In this document: positions 9,249-18,867 of the stretch, one piece after another
How the letters are laid out: each line of letters starts with the position of its first letter
Position numbering within the stretch: position 1 is the stretch's first letter
Source of the DNA: Candidatus Latescibacterota bacterium
GTDB lineage: Bacteria > Latescibacterota > UBA2968 > UBA8231
DNA: 64,000 bases
Assembly (NCBI GenBank): GCA_964291625.2
Contig: OZ220089.1
Coordinates: 512,001 to 576,000 of the forward strand
Reading direction: 5' to 3'
The notes under the pieces: generated by a model
Database searches by the model: none
What the model saw: the letters and a program-made list of their open reading frames with translations, nothing else
Told to the model about the DNA's origin: nothing
Program-made: the position numbers and the translations under genes

Positions 9249-11194
9249 GCGCGGCCCTGAACGGCCTGGGCAACCAGCTCCTTGCCTGGCTGGGTCCGCT
9301 AAGCATCGAGTTGGCGGCGCTGGCGCTCCTGGTGCTGGCGGCCGGCCGCCTGATACGGTCGCCGGCCCTGCGCCACCTGTTGTGGCTCGCCGTGCTCGTC
9401 AAGCCCCTCGTCGCTGTCGCGGTCAGTTCGCCCTACACGGTCTTCGCGCCGCTTGCGCCGCTGGCGGAGCCCGGGTGGGACGCCATCCCCCACGGGCGGG
9501 TCGAGCACCTGGCGGCGCTGGCCCCGGCTGGTGCAACCACTGTCTCGAGCAGCGCGACACTGACGCCCGCAGGCTGGGCGGCGCTGCTGTGGCTTGTGGG
9601 CACGACCTTGTTTGCCGGGCGGATCCTGGTCGGCTTCGGCGTCCTCCGGCGCATGAGGCGGCAGGCGACGGTGCAACGGGAGGGTCCGCTCTTCGAGGCC
9701 CTGCGGCAGGCCCGTGCGGCTCTCGACTGCCATCCCCGCGTCGAGGTGGCCACCTCCTCCTCCATCCGCTCGCCCATGGTCGTCGGCATCCTGAGACCCC
9801 TCATCCTCGTTCCCACCGACCTGGTCGACCGATTGCGGGCGGACGCGCTCTCCCTTGTCCTCATGCACGAGCTGGCCCACGTGCGCCGATGCGACAACCT
9901 CGCGCTGCTGCTCCAGAGACTGGTCTCGGCAGCTCTGTTCTTCCATCCCGCAGTGTGGCTGTGCGCCCGCATGCTGCGGCGCGAGTCCGAGCAGGCATGC
10001 GACGATCTCGTGGTATGCGCCACCGGCCGCGCGGAAGCCTACGCGCGGGGCCTCACCCTGGTCGCCGAAGCTGCGGCCCACTCGAACCTTCCAGCGAGGA
10101 GAATCCCCATGATGAGCACCTTTGCCTCCACCGAGTCCGATCTCTCGCAGAGGATCCGCCGGACGCTGAAGGGTCAGGCAAGCCGGATGGGTGTTTGGGC
10201 GCGGGCGCTGGCGGTGGGACTGGTCTGCCCCCTGGCCGCCGTGACGATGCCCTCTTACGGGGCTGCCGACAACGGCGCGGGTGGCGAAACGGCAGCCGTC
10301 CGCCTGGAGGCTGACTCAACGCTCGCCGAGGGACTGCCGGAAGAGGCGACCGCCACCGACGGGGACGAAGTCCTGACGATCGAGGAACTCGCCGAGAGAA
10401 TCCACCGCATCGTTGCGGTGGGGGACAGCGGGGAAGTAACGCTGACGTTCTCGGCCGACGACGCAAGGGAGTTCGGCATCTTGAAGCTAGGGGAGGTATC
10501 GGTGGCGGTCTCGGAGGAGGAGATCGACACCGAGGGAGTGCGAAACCGCATCGTTGCGGTGGCGGACAGTCAGGGAGTGACAAGGCGGGGGGCGGTGCGT
10601 AGGCGTGAATTGATCCATGAAGCAATCGCTCGGGCGATGGAGGTAGAAGAGATCGAGAGGGAAGCAATCGAGAGGGTAACGGCCGAAACCGACGGGCTGT
10701 CTGCGGAGGAGACGCTCCACCGGATCCTCGAGGCTGTTCTCCAGAGCCACATCCTGCAGCGGGCGGTGGCGACCGATCCGGACGAATGGTCCGATGAGTT
10801 GAAGACCCGGCTACTGGCGCTCGAGCCCAACAGCACAGTCGAGGAGATCGCCGTGGCTGTCCGCAACGCTCGCGATGGATCGGTGGTGTATGGGTACTCC
10901 GTCGGCGGCGAGGAAGGCCATGAACGCGAGAATCTCTTCCTCGTGGTGGATCAGGACGGCAACATGGAGCTGATGAAGGACAAGCCCGTGACTCTCGCGA
11001 CCCTTGGAGAAGAGCTGAAGAAGCAGCGCAGCCTGATGGACAGCACCTCCATGATCATCATCCAGGTCGACAAGGGCGTCTCCCGATCCCGGATCGTCAA
11101 GATCATGGACATCGCGCAGCAGGTGGGGCTCGTCGATCAGATCATCGCCGAGAGGGACAGCACCGCCGACCAGACCATCGCCATTGAGCCGTAG
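9245..11194 (+). CDS. M56 (BlaR1/MecR1-like) metallopeptidase signal transducer with C-terminal ExbD-like domain
   Basis: SPMVVGILRP, HELAH zinc motif, FFHPAVW, ESEQACDD; C-terminal LVVDQDG...IIIQVDKGV...IVKIMDIAQQVG resembles the ExbD/TolR periplasmic domain. Confidence 0.88.
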   Translation: MSAALNGLGNQLLAWLGPLSIELAALALLVLAAGRLIRSPALRHLLWLAVLVKPLVAVAVSSPYTVFAPLAPLAEPGWDAIPHGRVEHLAALAPAGATTVSSSATLTPAGWAALLWLVGTTLFAGRILVGFGVLRRMRRQATVQREGPLFEALRQARAALDCHPRVEVATSSSIRSPMVVGILRPLILVPTDLVDRLRADALSLVLMHELAHVRRCDNLALLLQRLVSAALFFHPAVWLCARMLRRESEQACDDLVVCATGRAEAYARGLTLVAEAAAHSNLPARRIPMMSTFASTESDLSQRIRRTLKGQASRMGVWARALAVGLVCPLAAVTMPSYGAADNGAGGETAAVRLEADSTLAEGLPEEATATDGDEVLTIEELAERIHRIVAVGDSGEVTLTFSADDAREFGILKLGEVSVAVSEEEIDTEGVRNRIVAVADSQGVTRRGAVRRRELIHEAIARAMEVEEIEREAIERVTAETDGLSAEETLHRILEAVLQSHILQRAVATDPDEWSDELKTRLLALEPNSTVEEIAVAVRNARDGSVVYGYSVGGEEGHERENLFLVVDQDGNMELMKDKPVTLATLGEELKKQRSLMDSTSMIIIQVDKGVSRSRIVKIMDIAQQVGLVDQIIAERDSTADQTIAIEP

Positions 11195-11268
11195 CGAACG
11201 ATTGGCGGCGGGAGCATTCCAGGTGGAGTTGGGCTGGACTCAATCCACGAAGGCCGACGAGGAACCCC

Positions 11269-13310
11269 ATGACGACTTGGTCATTGAGTGAGCTTGGACA
11301 TCGACTCTTCGGCTGGCTGGGTCCGCTGAGCATCGAGCTGGCGGCGCTGGCGCTCCTGGTGCTGGCGGCCGGCCGCCTGATACAGTCACCCGCCTTGCGC
11401 CACCTGTTGTGGCTCGCCGTGCTCGTCAAGCCGCTCATCGCTATCGCGGTGAGTTCGCCCTACACAGTCTTCACTCCCCTGGCGCTACTTGCAGAGCCCG
11501 GCTGGGACGCCATCCCCCATGGGCAGGTCGCGCACTTGGCGGCGCTGGCCCCGGCTGGTGCAACCACTGTCTCGAGCAGCGCGACACTGACGCCCGCAGG
11601 CTGGGCGGCGCTGCTGTGGCTCGTGGGCACGACCTTGCTGGTCGGGCGGATCCTGGTCGGCTTCGGCATCCTTCGGCGAATGCGGCGGCAGGCGCTGGTG
11701 CAGCGCGAGGGGCCACTCTTCGAGGCCCTGCGGCAGGCCCGTGCGGCTCTCGACTGCCATCCCCGGGTCGAAGTGGCGACTTCCCCTTCCGTCCTCGCGC
11801 CCATGGTCCTCGGCATCTTGAGGCCCCTCGTGGTCGTCCCGCGGACCTCGTCGACCGATTGCGGGCGGACGCGCTCACCCTCGTCCTCATGCACGAGCTG
11901 GCCCACGTGCGCCGGTGCGACAACCTCGCGCTGCTGCTGCAGAGACTGGTCTCGGCAGTCCTGTTCTTCCATCCCGCCGTGTGGCTGTGCGGCCGCATGC
12001 TGCGGCGCGAGTCCGAGCAGGCCTGCGACGATCTCGTCGTCTGCGCCACCGGCCGTCCGGTAGCCTACGCGCGGGGCCTCACTCTGGTCGCCGAAAGCGC
12101 GGCGCACTCGAACCCCCCAGGCAGGAGAATCCCCATGATGAGCACTTTTGCTGCCACTGAATCGGATCTCACCCAGAGGATCCGCAGGACCCTCGATGGG
12201 GGTGCGCAACGGATGGGCTGTAAGGCCCGCGTGTTGACGGCGGTACTGCTGTGCCCCCTGGCCGCCATGACTCTGCCCTCCTGCGGCACTACTTCGGAGT
12301 CGGTCAAGGTCCCCGCGGAGTCCGCTCGGGATGAGCATCTGTTCCTGGTGGTGGATCAGAATGGCGCACTGAGGCTGAACGAAAGGTCAGTGACACTTGA
12401 TTCCCTCAGAGACGAGTTGCAGGCGAAGGGACGGCTCGGAAGGTCCTCGATCATCGTCCAATACGACGACCGTTCCCCTCGCGGACGGACGAGTCAAGTC
12501 GTGGACATCGTCCACCAGGCCGGACTGGTAGGGCTCGTCTATCCGGTCGGCGCCACGGAAGGGGATCACTCGGCCTGGAGGGAGGCGATCGCGACCGATC
12601 CGGATGAATGGTCCCAGGAACTGAAGACCCGGCTTCTCGCTCTGGAACCCGGAAGGACCATCGAGGAAGTCGCCCAGATGGCCCGGGTGCGCAGACTTTG
12701 GCGGAAGGAGATGGAGGGTCGGGGGATCGGTCAAGAGCTGCTCGAGCAGATGGACGTGCTGGGGCCGGGAGCCGACATGACCTTCGTTGACGGATATACC
12801 GGTCCCGGCCAGGATCGCGGTCTCGAAGCTGCCGAGCGCCAGATCCAGGAAGCGGTCGAGAGCGGAGTCCTGACAGAGGTGGGTGGTCAGGTCTTCCGAG
12901 AAGCGGTGGCGACCGATCCGGATGAGTGGTCCGATGAGTTGAAGACAAAGCTACTCACCCTCAAGCCCGACCAGACCATCGAGCAGATCGCAGAGTTTCT
13001 CCGCGACCTTCGCGGTGGATCAGTGGTTTACGGGTACTCCGTCCGTAGCGAGAGTCGCCACGAACGCGAGAGCCTCTACCTTCTCGTGGATCATGACGGC
13101 AACATGACGCTGAACGACAGCCCCGTGACCTTCGCCACCCTTGGCGAGGAGCTGAAGAAGCAGCGAAGCCTGATGGGCAACACCGAAATGATCCTCATTC
13201 AGAGCGATGGACAGGCATCGCACCCTCAGATCGTAGAGATCCAGGACATCGCACGGAGGGTGGGGCTCATCGATCAGATCCTCGCCACCGAGCCGCCACC
13301 CGGACGATAG
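11269..13310 (+). pseudogene. Second M56 peptidase paralog with two ExbD-like domains; 1-nt frameshift at 11838-11840 (pseudogene or sequencing error)
   Basis: ORFs 11269-12063 and 11409-13310 join into one paralog of 9245-11194. CCC in place of CCCC at 11838-11840 relative to copy 1 (VPTDLVD). Confidence 0.8.
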
Positions 13311-13317
13311 ACCGCCC

Positions 13318-14985
13318 CTACCCCCCCGGCCGCACCCGCGGCCCGTTCAGCAGCCGCCCCAGCCAGGTGTAGCGCACCAGGAACCGGTAGACCACCAACA
13401 GCAGGCCCGTCACCCCGACGAGGACCAGACCGAACTTCAGCCCCGACGGCAGGGGCCAGTCCCGCACCATCAGCTGCGCCCCGATGATCAGCGGCACGTG
13501 GGCCAGGTACAGCCAGTACGACGAGTCGGACAGGTAGCGGATGGTCGTGCTCTCGCGGGCGCATGCCCTGCGGAAGAGGCCCATGAACCCGAAGGCCATC
13601 GTCCAGGGATAGATCGCCTGCAGCACCACCGCCTCGGCCCGGGCCGAGTCCGAACCGAGAATCCCATCGCCTGGCCCGAAGGCTCCCGTGGCCAGCCCCA
13701 GGCCGAGGGGGAACAGCACGAGCAGTCCCGCGGGCAGCCCCAGCCACCACCACTTCCCCACACGGCCGTCCCGGTCGTCGCAGTCGAAGTAGATGGCGCC
13801 GAAGGCGAAGAACAGCAGGTAGTAGAGGAAAACGTGGGGCATGGGCAGCAGGCCCAGCGAGGTATCGGCGCCGAAGCCGGGGATCACCAGTCCCATGAAC
13901 GACTGCGGGACCAGGGTCAGGGGGATCAGCCAGAGGAACCGGGCCGGCGACACGACCATCCACCGCGGCAGACTCGGACTTCTGAGCAGGCCCGCCAGGC
14001 TGACGAAGAGGGCGAAGAGGAGGACGAACCAGCACAGGAACCACAGGAACCAGAGGTGGGAGAAGAGAGACACCGCGAAGATCGGCTCCCCCATGGCCCT
14101 GACATACCTGGCGCCGAGCGTTTCTTCCCTTGGCTGGACCATCTCTTGTCCACCGTCGTCCGCTCTGGATCGCTCGAACATCCCGGCGATGTGACGGCGC
14201 CCCGCCCTGACCCGCTCCTCGTCGTACTCGACCTGCAGCAGGCCGGCCAGGTACCGCGTGAGTTCCCCGTCCACCTTGAGGGCATCTCCGGGGGTCTCGC
14301 CCTTGTGGTTCTCGGCGGCCGGGTCCGCCCCGTGCCGCACCAGCAGCCCGGCGACCCCGGTCCTTCCGAGGAAGGCGGCCGCGTGCAGGGGAGTGCCGCC
14401 GTCCCGGCCGCGTCCGTGCACGTCGGCCCCGTCTCTCAGCAGGCGCTCGGCAACCTCGACCCGGCCGGCCAGGGCCGCCCACACGAGGGGGGTCAGTCCG
14501 AAGGCCGGATCGACTCCCTCGATGTCGGCTCCGTCCGCCAGGTGATGGACGACAGCGGCCGGATCGCCGTCCCTGGCGGCCGTCCAGATGTTGTCCTTCT
14601 CGACCGCGGAGGCCCTTGTCTCGAAGGCGGAGGCCATCGCCCGGCCGCTGATCCAGTTGACCGCGGGAACGATGGTGACGAGCCCGAGCAGGAAGGGCAG
14701 GAAGACGCGCCGGAGGCGGTGGGAGAGGAGCGACCTCAGGCCGCGGCGGCGCCAGAGCATGGCGGTGAAGAAGCCGCTCAGCAGGAAGAACACGGGCATG
14801 CGGAAGCCGTGGATGGCGGCGAACAGCAGCCCGTAGAACTCCGTCTGCCGGGTATCCTGCACCGGCCAGGGGAAAGGCGTGAAGGACAGGCCCGCGTGCA
14901 GCACGATGCCGAGGAGCATGGCCGCGGCGCGCAAGGCATCGAGATCGTGGCGGCGGGGGTCAGGGGGCGGTACCGGCTGGGACAT
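13318..14985 (-). CDS. Acyltransferase-3 (OpgC/MdoC-like) membrane protein with inserted ankyrin repeats
   Basis: RHDLDALRAAAMLLGIVLH, HGFRMPVFFLLSGFF, HLWFL, SYWLYLAH; ankyrin repeats GLTPLVWAA, GTPLHAAA, GETPGD in the middle. Confidence 0.88.
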   Translation of the reverse strand: MSQPVPPPDPRRHDLDALRAAAMLLGIVLHAGLSFTPFPWPVQDTRQTEFYGLLFAAIHGFRMPVFFLLSGFFTAMLWRRRGLRSLLSHRLRRVFLPFLLGLVTIVPAVNWISGRAMASAFETRASAVEKDNIWTAARDGDPAAVVHHLADGADIEGVDPAFGLTPLVWAALAGRVEVAERLLRDGADVHGRGRDGGTPLHAAAFLGRTGVAGLLVRHGADPAAENHKGETPGDALKVDGELTRYLAGLLQVEYDEERVRAGRRHIAGMFERSRADDGGQEMVQPREETLGARYVRAMGEPIFAVSLFSHLWFLWFLCWFVLLFALFVSLAGLLRSPSLPRWMVVSPARFLWLIPLTLVPQSFMGLVIPGFGADTSLGLLPMPHVFLYYLLFFAFGAIYFDCDDRDGRVGKWWWLGLPAGLLVLFPLGLGLATGAFGPGDGILGSDSARAEAVVLQAIYPWTMAFGFMGLFRRACARESTTIRYLSDSSYWLYLAHVPLIIGAQLMVRDWPLPSGLKFGLVLVGVTGLLLVVYRFLVRYTWLGRLLNGPRVRPGG

Positions 14986-15173
14986 GGAGGTCAGGCCTTG
15001 ATGGCGGATCAAGCCGTGGATGGCTACGGGTACCTCGGAGGAATCCTCACCCTCTTCGGGGCGTCGTATAGTAGCGGGGCTCTCTCTTCACGGACACCGG
15101 GCTCCCCAGTCCAGGAGGACCAGCCATCCTGACCCACAGGCCCATCGCCACACGTCAGGGCTCGCTGCCGCTG

Positions 15174-16568
15174 TTGATCCTCCTCGTTGCCGCGGCCACC
15201 TGCGGAGACGCGGAGACCACGGGCCACGTGGACTTCCCCACCCTGGCCGCCGACGAGGACCCCGACAGCCTCGGCGTGGAGCGCGTCGGCGAGATCGTCC
15301 TCGTCCCCCCTCCCCGTGAGGGCGAACTCCCATGGGGGACCGACCTCTATCTCACGGGGGACCACGCGCTGATGGGCGATATTCGCGGTATCGTCCACTT
15401 CGTCGACATCTCCGATCCCGCCGGCATGCGCAAGGTGGCCGAGGTCCGCACGCCCGGCCCCGCGGTGGACATCAAGATCGCGGGGGACCTGGCGGTGGTC
15501 GGGGTGCAGCAGTTGGACGCCGACTTCGGTCTGCTGATCCTCGACATCTCCGACCCGGAGAACCCCGTCGAGTTGTCGCGGTTCGAGGAACCCGGCCGGG
15601 GCGGCGTCCACAATCTCTTCATCCACGGCGACCGCCTCTATCTCGCTCACATGCACAGCCCGGGCCTGAGCATCGTCGACATCTCCGATCCGGGGGCGCC
15701 CGTGGTCTCGGGCTCCTGGCGGCACGAGGGGGGTTTCAGCAACCTGGTCCACGACATCTTCATCCGCGACAACGTCGCCGTCGTGAGCGACTACGACAGC
15801 GGGCTCATCCTCCTCGACGTCACCGAACCGGACGCACCCGCCCTGTTGGCGGAGCTGCCCTTCCCCGAGGGCATCCACAGCGCCTGGGCCGAGGGGGACT
15901 ACGTCTACTGCAACCAGGAGTTCGGCGGCTGGGCGCGGCGCCTCCACGTCGTGGATGTCTCCAACCCCGGGCAGCCCGAGCTGATCCACTCCTTCGGGAT
16001 GCAACCACCGCCTCACGCGGAGATCCTCGGACCGCACAACCCCTGGGTCCGGGACGGGTTGCTGTACTGGGCCTGCTACGACGCAGGGCTCCGAGTCTTC
16101 GACCTGGGCGACCCGGCGCGGCCGGTGGAGGCCGCCTACCACACCTATCCAGGGTCCGCCTGGAGCGCCCAGCCCCACGACGACGGCCTGGTCTACGTCG
16201 CCGACGGCGCGGTGGGGCTCCAGGCCTACAGGGTCACCATCGCGCCGACGAAGACCGCGGTCGACCATGAACAGGTGAACCGCAGGCCGGGTGCATTCCA
16301 CCTCGCCCAGAGCTACCCCAATCCCTTCAACCAGTCGACGGTGATCCGCGTCGAGCTGGGCGCCCGGGCCGAGGTGGAGCTGTCAGTGTTCAACATGGGC
16401 GGACAGCGGGTGACGGACCTGGCCCGGGGATCCCATGCGGCGGGGTCCTATTCCTTCGTCTGGGATGGACGGGCCACGGGCGGGTTGGAGCTGGCTTCCG
16501 GCGTCTACATCTGCCGGCTCAGGGCCGACGGGCGCGGGCAGGCCCGCAGACTGCTTCTGCTTCGCTGA
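15174..16568 (+). CDS. Secreted LVIVD-repeat beta-propeller protein with C-terminal FlgD-Ig (T9SS-like) domain
   Basis: Repeated xxDISDP motifs; C-terminal LAQSYPNPFNQST...WDGR...LASGVYICRL. Start position uncertain. Confidence 0.82.
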   Translation: MILLVAAATCGDAETTGHVDFPTLAADEDPDSLGVERVGEIVLVPPPREGELPWGTDLYLTGDHALMGDIRGIVHFVDISDPAGMRKVAEVRTPGPAVDIKIAGDLAVVGVQQLDADFGLLILDISDPENPVELSRFEEPGRGGVHNLFIHGDRLYLAHMHSPGLSIVDISDPGAPVVSGSWRHEGGFSNLVHDIFIRDNVAVVSDYDSGLILLDVTEPDAPALLAELPFPEGIHSAWAEGDYVYCNQEFGGWARRLHVVDVSNPGQPELIHSFGMQPPPHAEILGPHNPWVRDGLLYWACYDAGLRVFDLGDPARPVEAAYHTYPGSAWSAQPHDDGLVYVADGAVGLQAYRVTIAPTKTAVDHEQVNRRPGAFHLAQSYPNPFNQSTVIRVELGARAEVELSVFNMGGQRVTDLARGSHAAGSYSFVWDGRATGGLELASGVYICRLRADGRGQARRLLLLR

Positions 16569-16576
16569 GGCAGGCC

Positions 16577-17740
16577 CTACTCCCGTCCGACCCCCCGCCG
16601 GGTTTCCTCCACCACAAGGTCCACCACCGCCCTCAGGGCCTCCTCTTCGGAATCGCCCTCCAGGCGGCGCAGCCGGAAGTGGTCGACCTGGCGGTCGGCG
16701 CCGGCGCCGGTGCGCACCAGGTGCAGGACGTGGCCCAGCTCGGCCTGGCAGCCGAGGGCCTCGGCCTCGTCCGCCAGGTCTTCCACGAGGGCGGCGGCGT
16801 ACTCCTCGATGTCCATGCGCCCGGCCCCGTCGGTGTTGCCCAGAAAGGCCAGGACTCCGTAGCGCTGGGCCAGCCAGCAGTTCTCGGCGATGAGCTCCGT
16901 GGGCGGCTCCGGCGGCAGGCCGCCCTCGCGGTCCCGGCGCAGCAGGCGGCGCACGAGGCAGGCGTAGAGAGCCACGACGCTCACGGCGTCGTCGATGGTC
17001 TGGCAGACGTCGCACACGCGCAGCTCCACGGTGGGGTAGCTCCGGGAAGGGCGGATGTCCCACCACAGCTCGCTGCTGTCCTCGATGAAGTCCATGCGGC
17101 GGTAGTTGGCCACGAGTCCGTCGAACTCAGCCCACGAGCCGAGGGGACCCGGCAGGCCGGTGCGCGGCAGGCTGCCGAAGATGGTCAGCCGGTAGGACTT
17201 GAAGCCGGTCTCGCGGCCGCTGCTGAAGGGCGAGGAGGCGGAGAGGGCGTGGAGCAGCGGCAGGTGGCGCCGCAGGGCGGTCATGACCCGTACCCGGCTG
17301 TCCGGGTCGCCGAAGCCGGCGTGGACGTGCATGCCGCCCACCAGCAGCTCGCGGACCGCCTGCTGGTAGGTCATGGCGAACTGCTCGTAGCGCTGGCCGG
17401 CGGTGACGACCTGGCGGTCCCAGGCGGCGAAGGGATGGGTGGAGGCGGCCAGGACCGCGGCGCCGTGGCTCGCCGCCGCGTCGAGGACCAGGCGGCGGGT
17501 GTCGTCGAGGGCGGTGCGGATCTCGGCCACCGACCCGCAGACCCGGGTGGTGGTCTCGATCTGGGAGCGGAGGAACTCGGCCACCACCTTGTGGGGGCCA
17601 CTCTCTTCCCGGCAGGCTTCGAAGATGCCGCGGTCCGGGTCGGGCAGGAGGTCGCGGGTGCCGGGGTCGACGAGGAAGAACTCCTCCTCGACCCCGAGCT
17701 CTATTGCGAGGGAGTCTCCGCTGTCGGCTTTCGTGCTCAT
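16577..17740 (-). CDS. Carboxylate-amine ligase (YbdK/GCS2 family)
   Basis: LGVEEEFFLVD, GMHVHAG, ALSASSPF, LWWDIRPS, TVELRVCD. Confidence 0.92.
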   Translation of the reverse strand: MSTKADSGDSLAIELGVEEEFFLVDPGTRDLLPDPDRGIFEACREESGPHKVVAEFLRSQIETTTRVCGSVAEIRTALDDTRRLVLDAAASHGAAVLAASTHPFAAWDRQVVTAGQRYEQFAMTYQQAVRELLVGGMHVHAGFGDPDSRVRVMTALRRHLPLLHALSASSPFSSGRETGFKSYRLTIFGSLPRTGLPGPLGSWAEFDGLVANYRRMDFIEDSSELWWDIRPSRSYPTVELRVCDVCQTIDDAVSVVALYACLVRRLLRRDREGGLPPEPPTELIAENCWLAQRYGVLAFLGNTDGAGRMDIEEYAAALVEDLADEAEALGCQAELGHVLHLVRTGAGADRQVDHFRLRRLEGDSEEEALRAVVDLVVEETRRGVGRE

Positions 17741-17835
17741 GCCGGACTAGATGGAGATTCGATCGCCCGCGGTCAAATGGGATCGGGCGCCGGTGATCCC
17801 CGGCGCCGGCGGCTGTTCGGGCCGGGGCGCGCGGG

Positions 17836-18855
17836 TCAGCCGGCCTCCTCCCGGACGGTCGGGATCCTCTCGCCCCTCAGCCCGCGCAGAAAGCGCACCG
17901 AGGCCTCGAACTGCTCCATCTCCCAGGCGGCGCAGAGCCCGGGCGGCTGCCCGCGCTCGTGGGGGGTGCGCCACTCTTCGGCCGCCGGCCTCGCCGCCCG
18001 GTGCAGGTCGCCGAGGGCCTCCACCGCCCCGGGCAGGAAGGGCCGCTCGGGCCAGGTCTCCCACCAGTCCGGCTCCAGCAGGCGGACGTGCCGCGCCGTG
18101 GTGGCCCCCAGCTCGATGCACCCCTGCACCCCGGGAGACTCGGCTTCGAACCAGGCCAGCATCGCCGCCCAGTCGACGAGGCCGTCGCCGAGGGCGCAGC
18201 GGACGAGGCGGTACCCCGCCTCGGCGGAATGGACCCGGTAGTCCTTCAGATGCACGTGCTTGAGGAAGGGCCGCACCTGGCGGGCGAAGGCGAGGCAGGT
18301 CTCGCCGGCGGCGTAGGCGTTGCCCACGTCCATGGTCACCCCCAGGCGCTCGCTGCCCACCTGCCCGCAGAGCCACGCCAGCTCCTGGGAGCAGAGATCC
18401 TGGTGGTTCTCGATGCCGAGGTCGACGCCGACCTGCTCGGCGTGGGCCGAGGCCCGCCTCAGAGGCTCCACGAGGGCCTCCAGAAAGGCCTGGCAGCCCT
18501 GACGTCCCAGGGCGCGGCGGTCGCCCTCGAGGAGGCGGGTCAGGGTCGTGCGGACCACCGGCGCCCCCAGCTCGGCGGCCAGGTCGAGGGTCCGCGTCAG
18601 GGGCGAGATGTCCGCGGCGTAGTCGTCGCTGCCGGTGTCGAGGAAGAGGGCGAGTCCGCCGGCCTCCAGGCGATGGCGCAGGGCCCTGCGCCCGGCGGGG
18701 GGCATGCCGTCGAACCAGTCCGGGGCGCCCTCGACGCCGGCCAGGCCGTGGCCGCGGGCCAGTTCCATCAGCCCCTCCAGGCTCCGCGGGTCGAGCCCCC
18801 GTCCGGCCCCCGGGTGCAGACCGGAGAAGCTCCATGCGCTCAGGCCGACCTTCAC
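17836..18855 (-). CDS. Sugar phosphate isomerase/epimerase (xylose isomerase-like TIM barrel)
   Basis: GIENHQD, TMDVGN, HVHLKD, LGDGLVDW, CIE metal-binding motifs. Confidence 0.85.
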   Translation of the reverse strand: MKVGLSAWSFSGLHPGAGRGLDPRSLEGLMELARGHGLAGVEGAPDWFDGMPPAGRRALRHRLEAGGLALFLDTGSDDYAADISPLTRTLDLAAELGAPVVRTTLTRLLEGDRRALGRQGCQAFLEALVEPLRRASAHAEQVGVDLGIENHQDLCSQELAWLCGQVGSERLGVTMDVGNAYAAGETCLAFARQVRPFLKHVHLKDYRVHSAEAGYRLVRCALGDGLVDWAAMLAWFEAESPGVQGCIELGATTARHVRLLEPDWWETWPERPFLPGAVEALGDLHRAARPAAEEWRTPHERGQPPGLCAAWEMEQFEASVRFLRGLRGERIPTVREEAG

Positions 18856-18867
18856 ACGGCCCGACCG

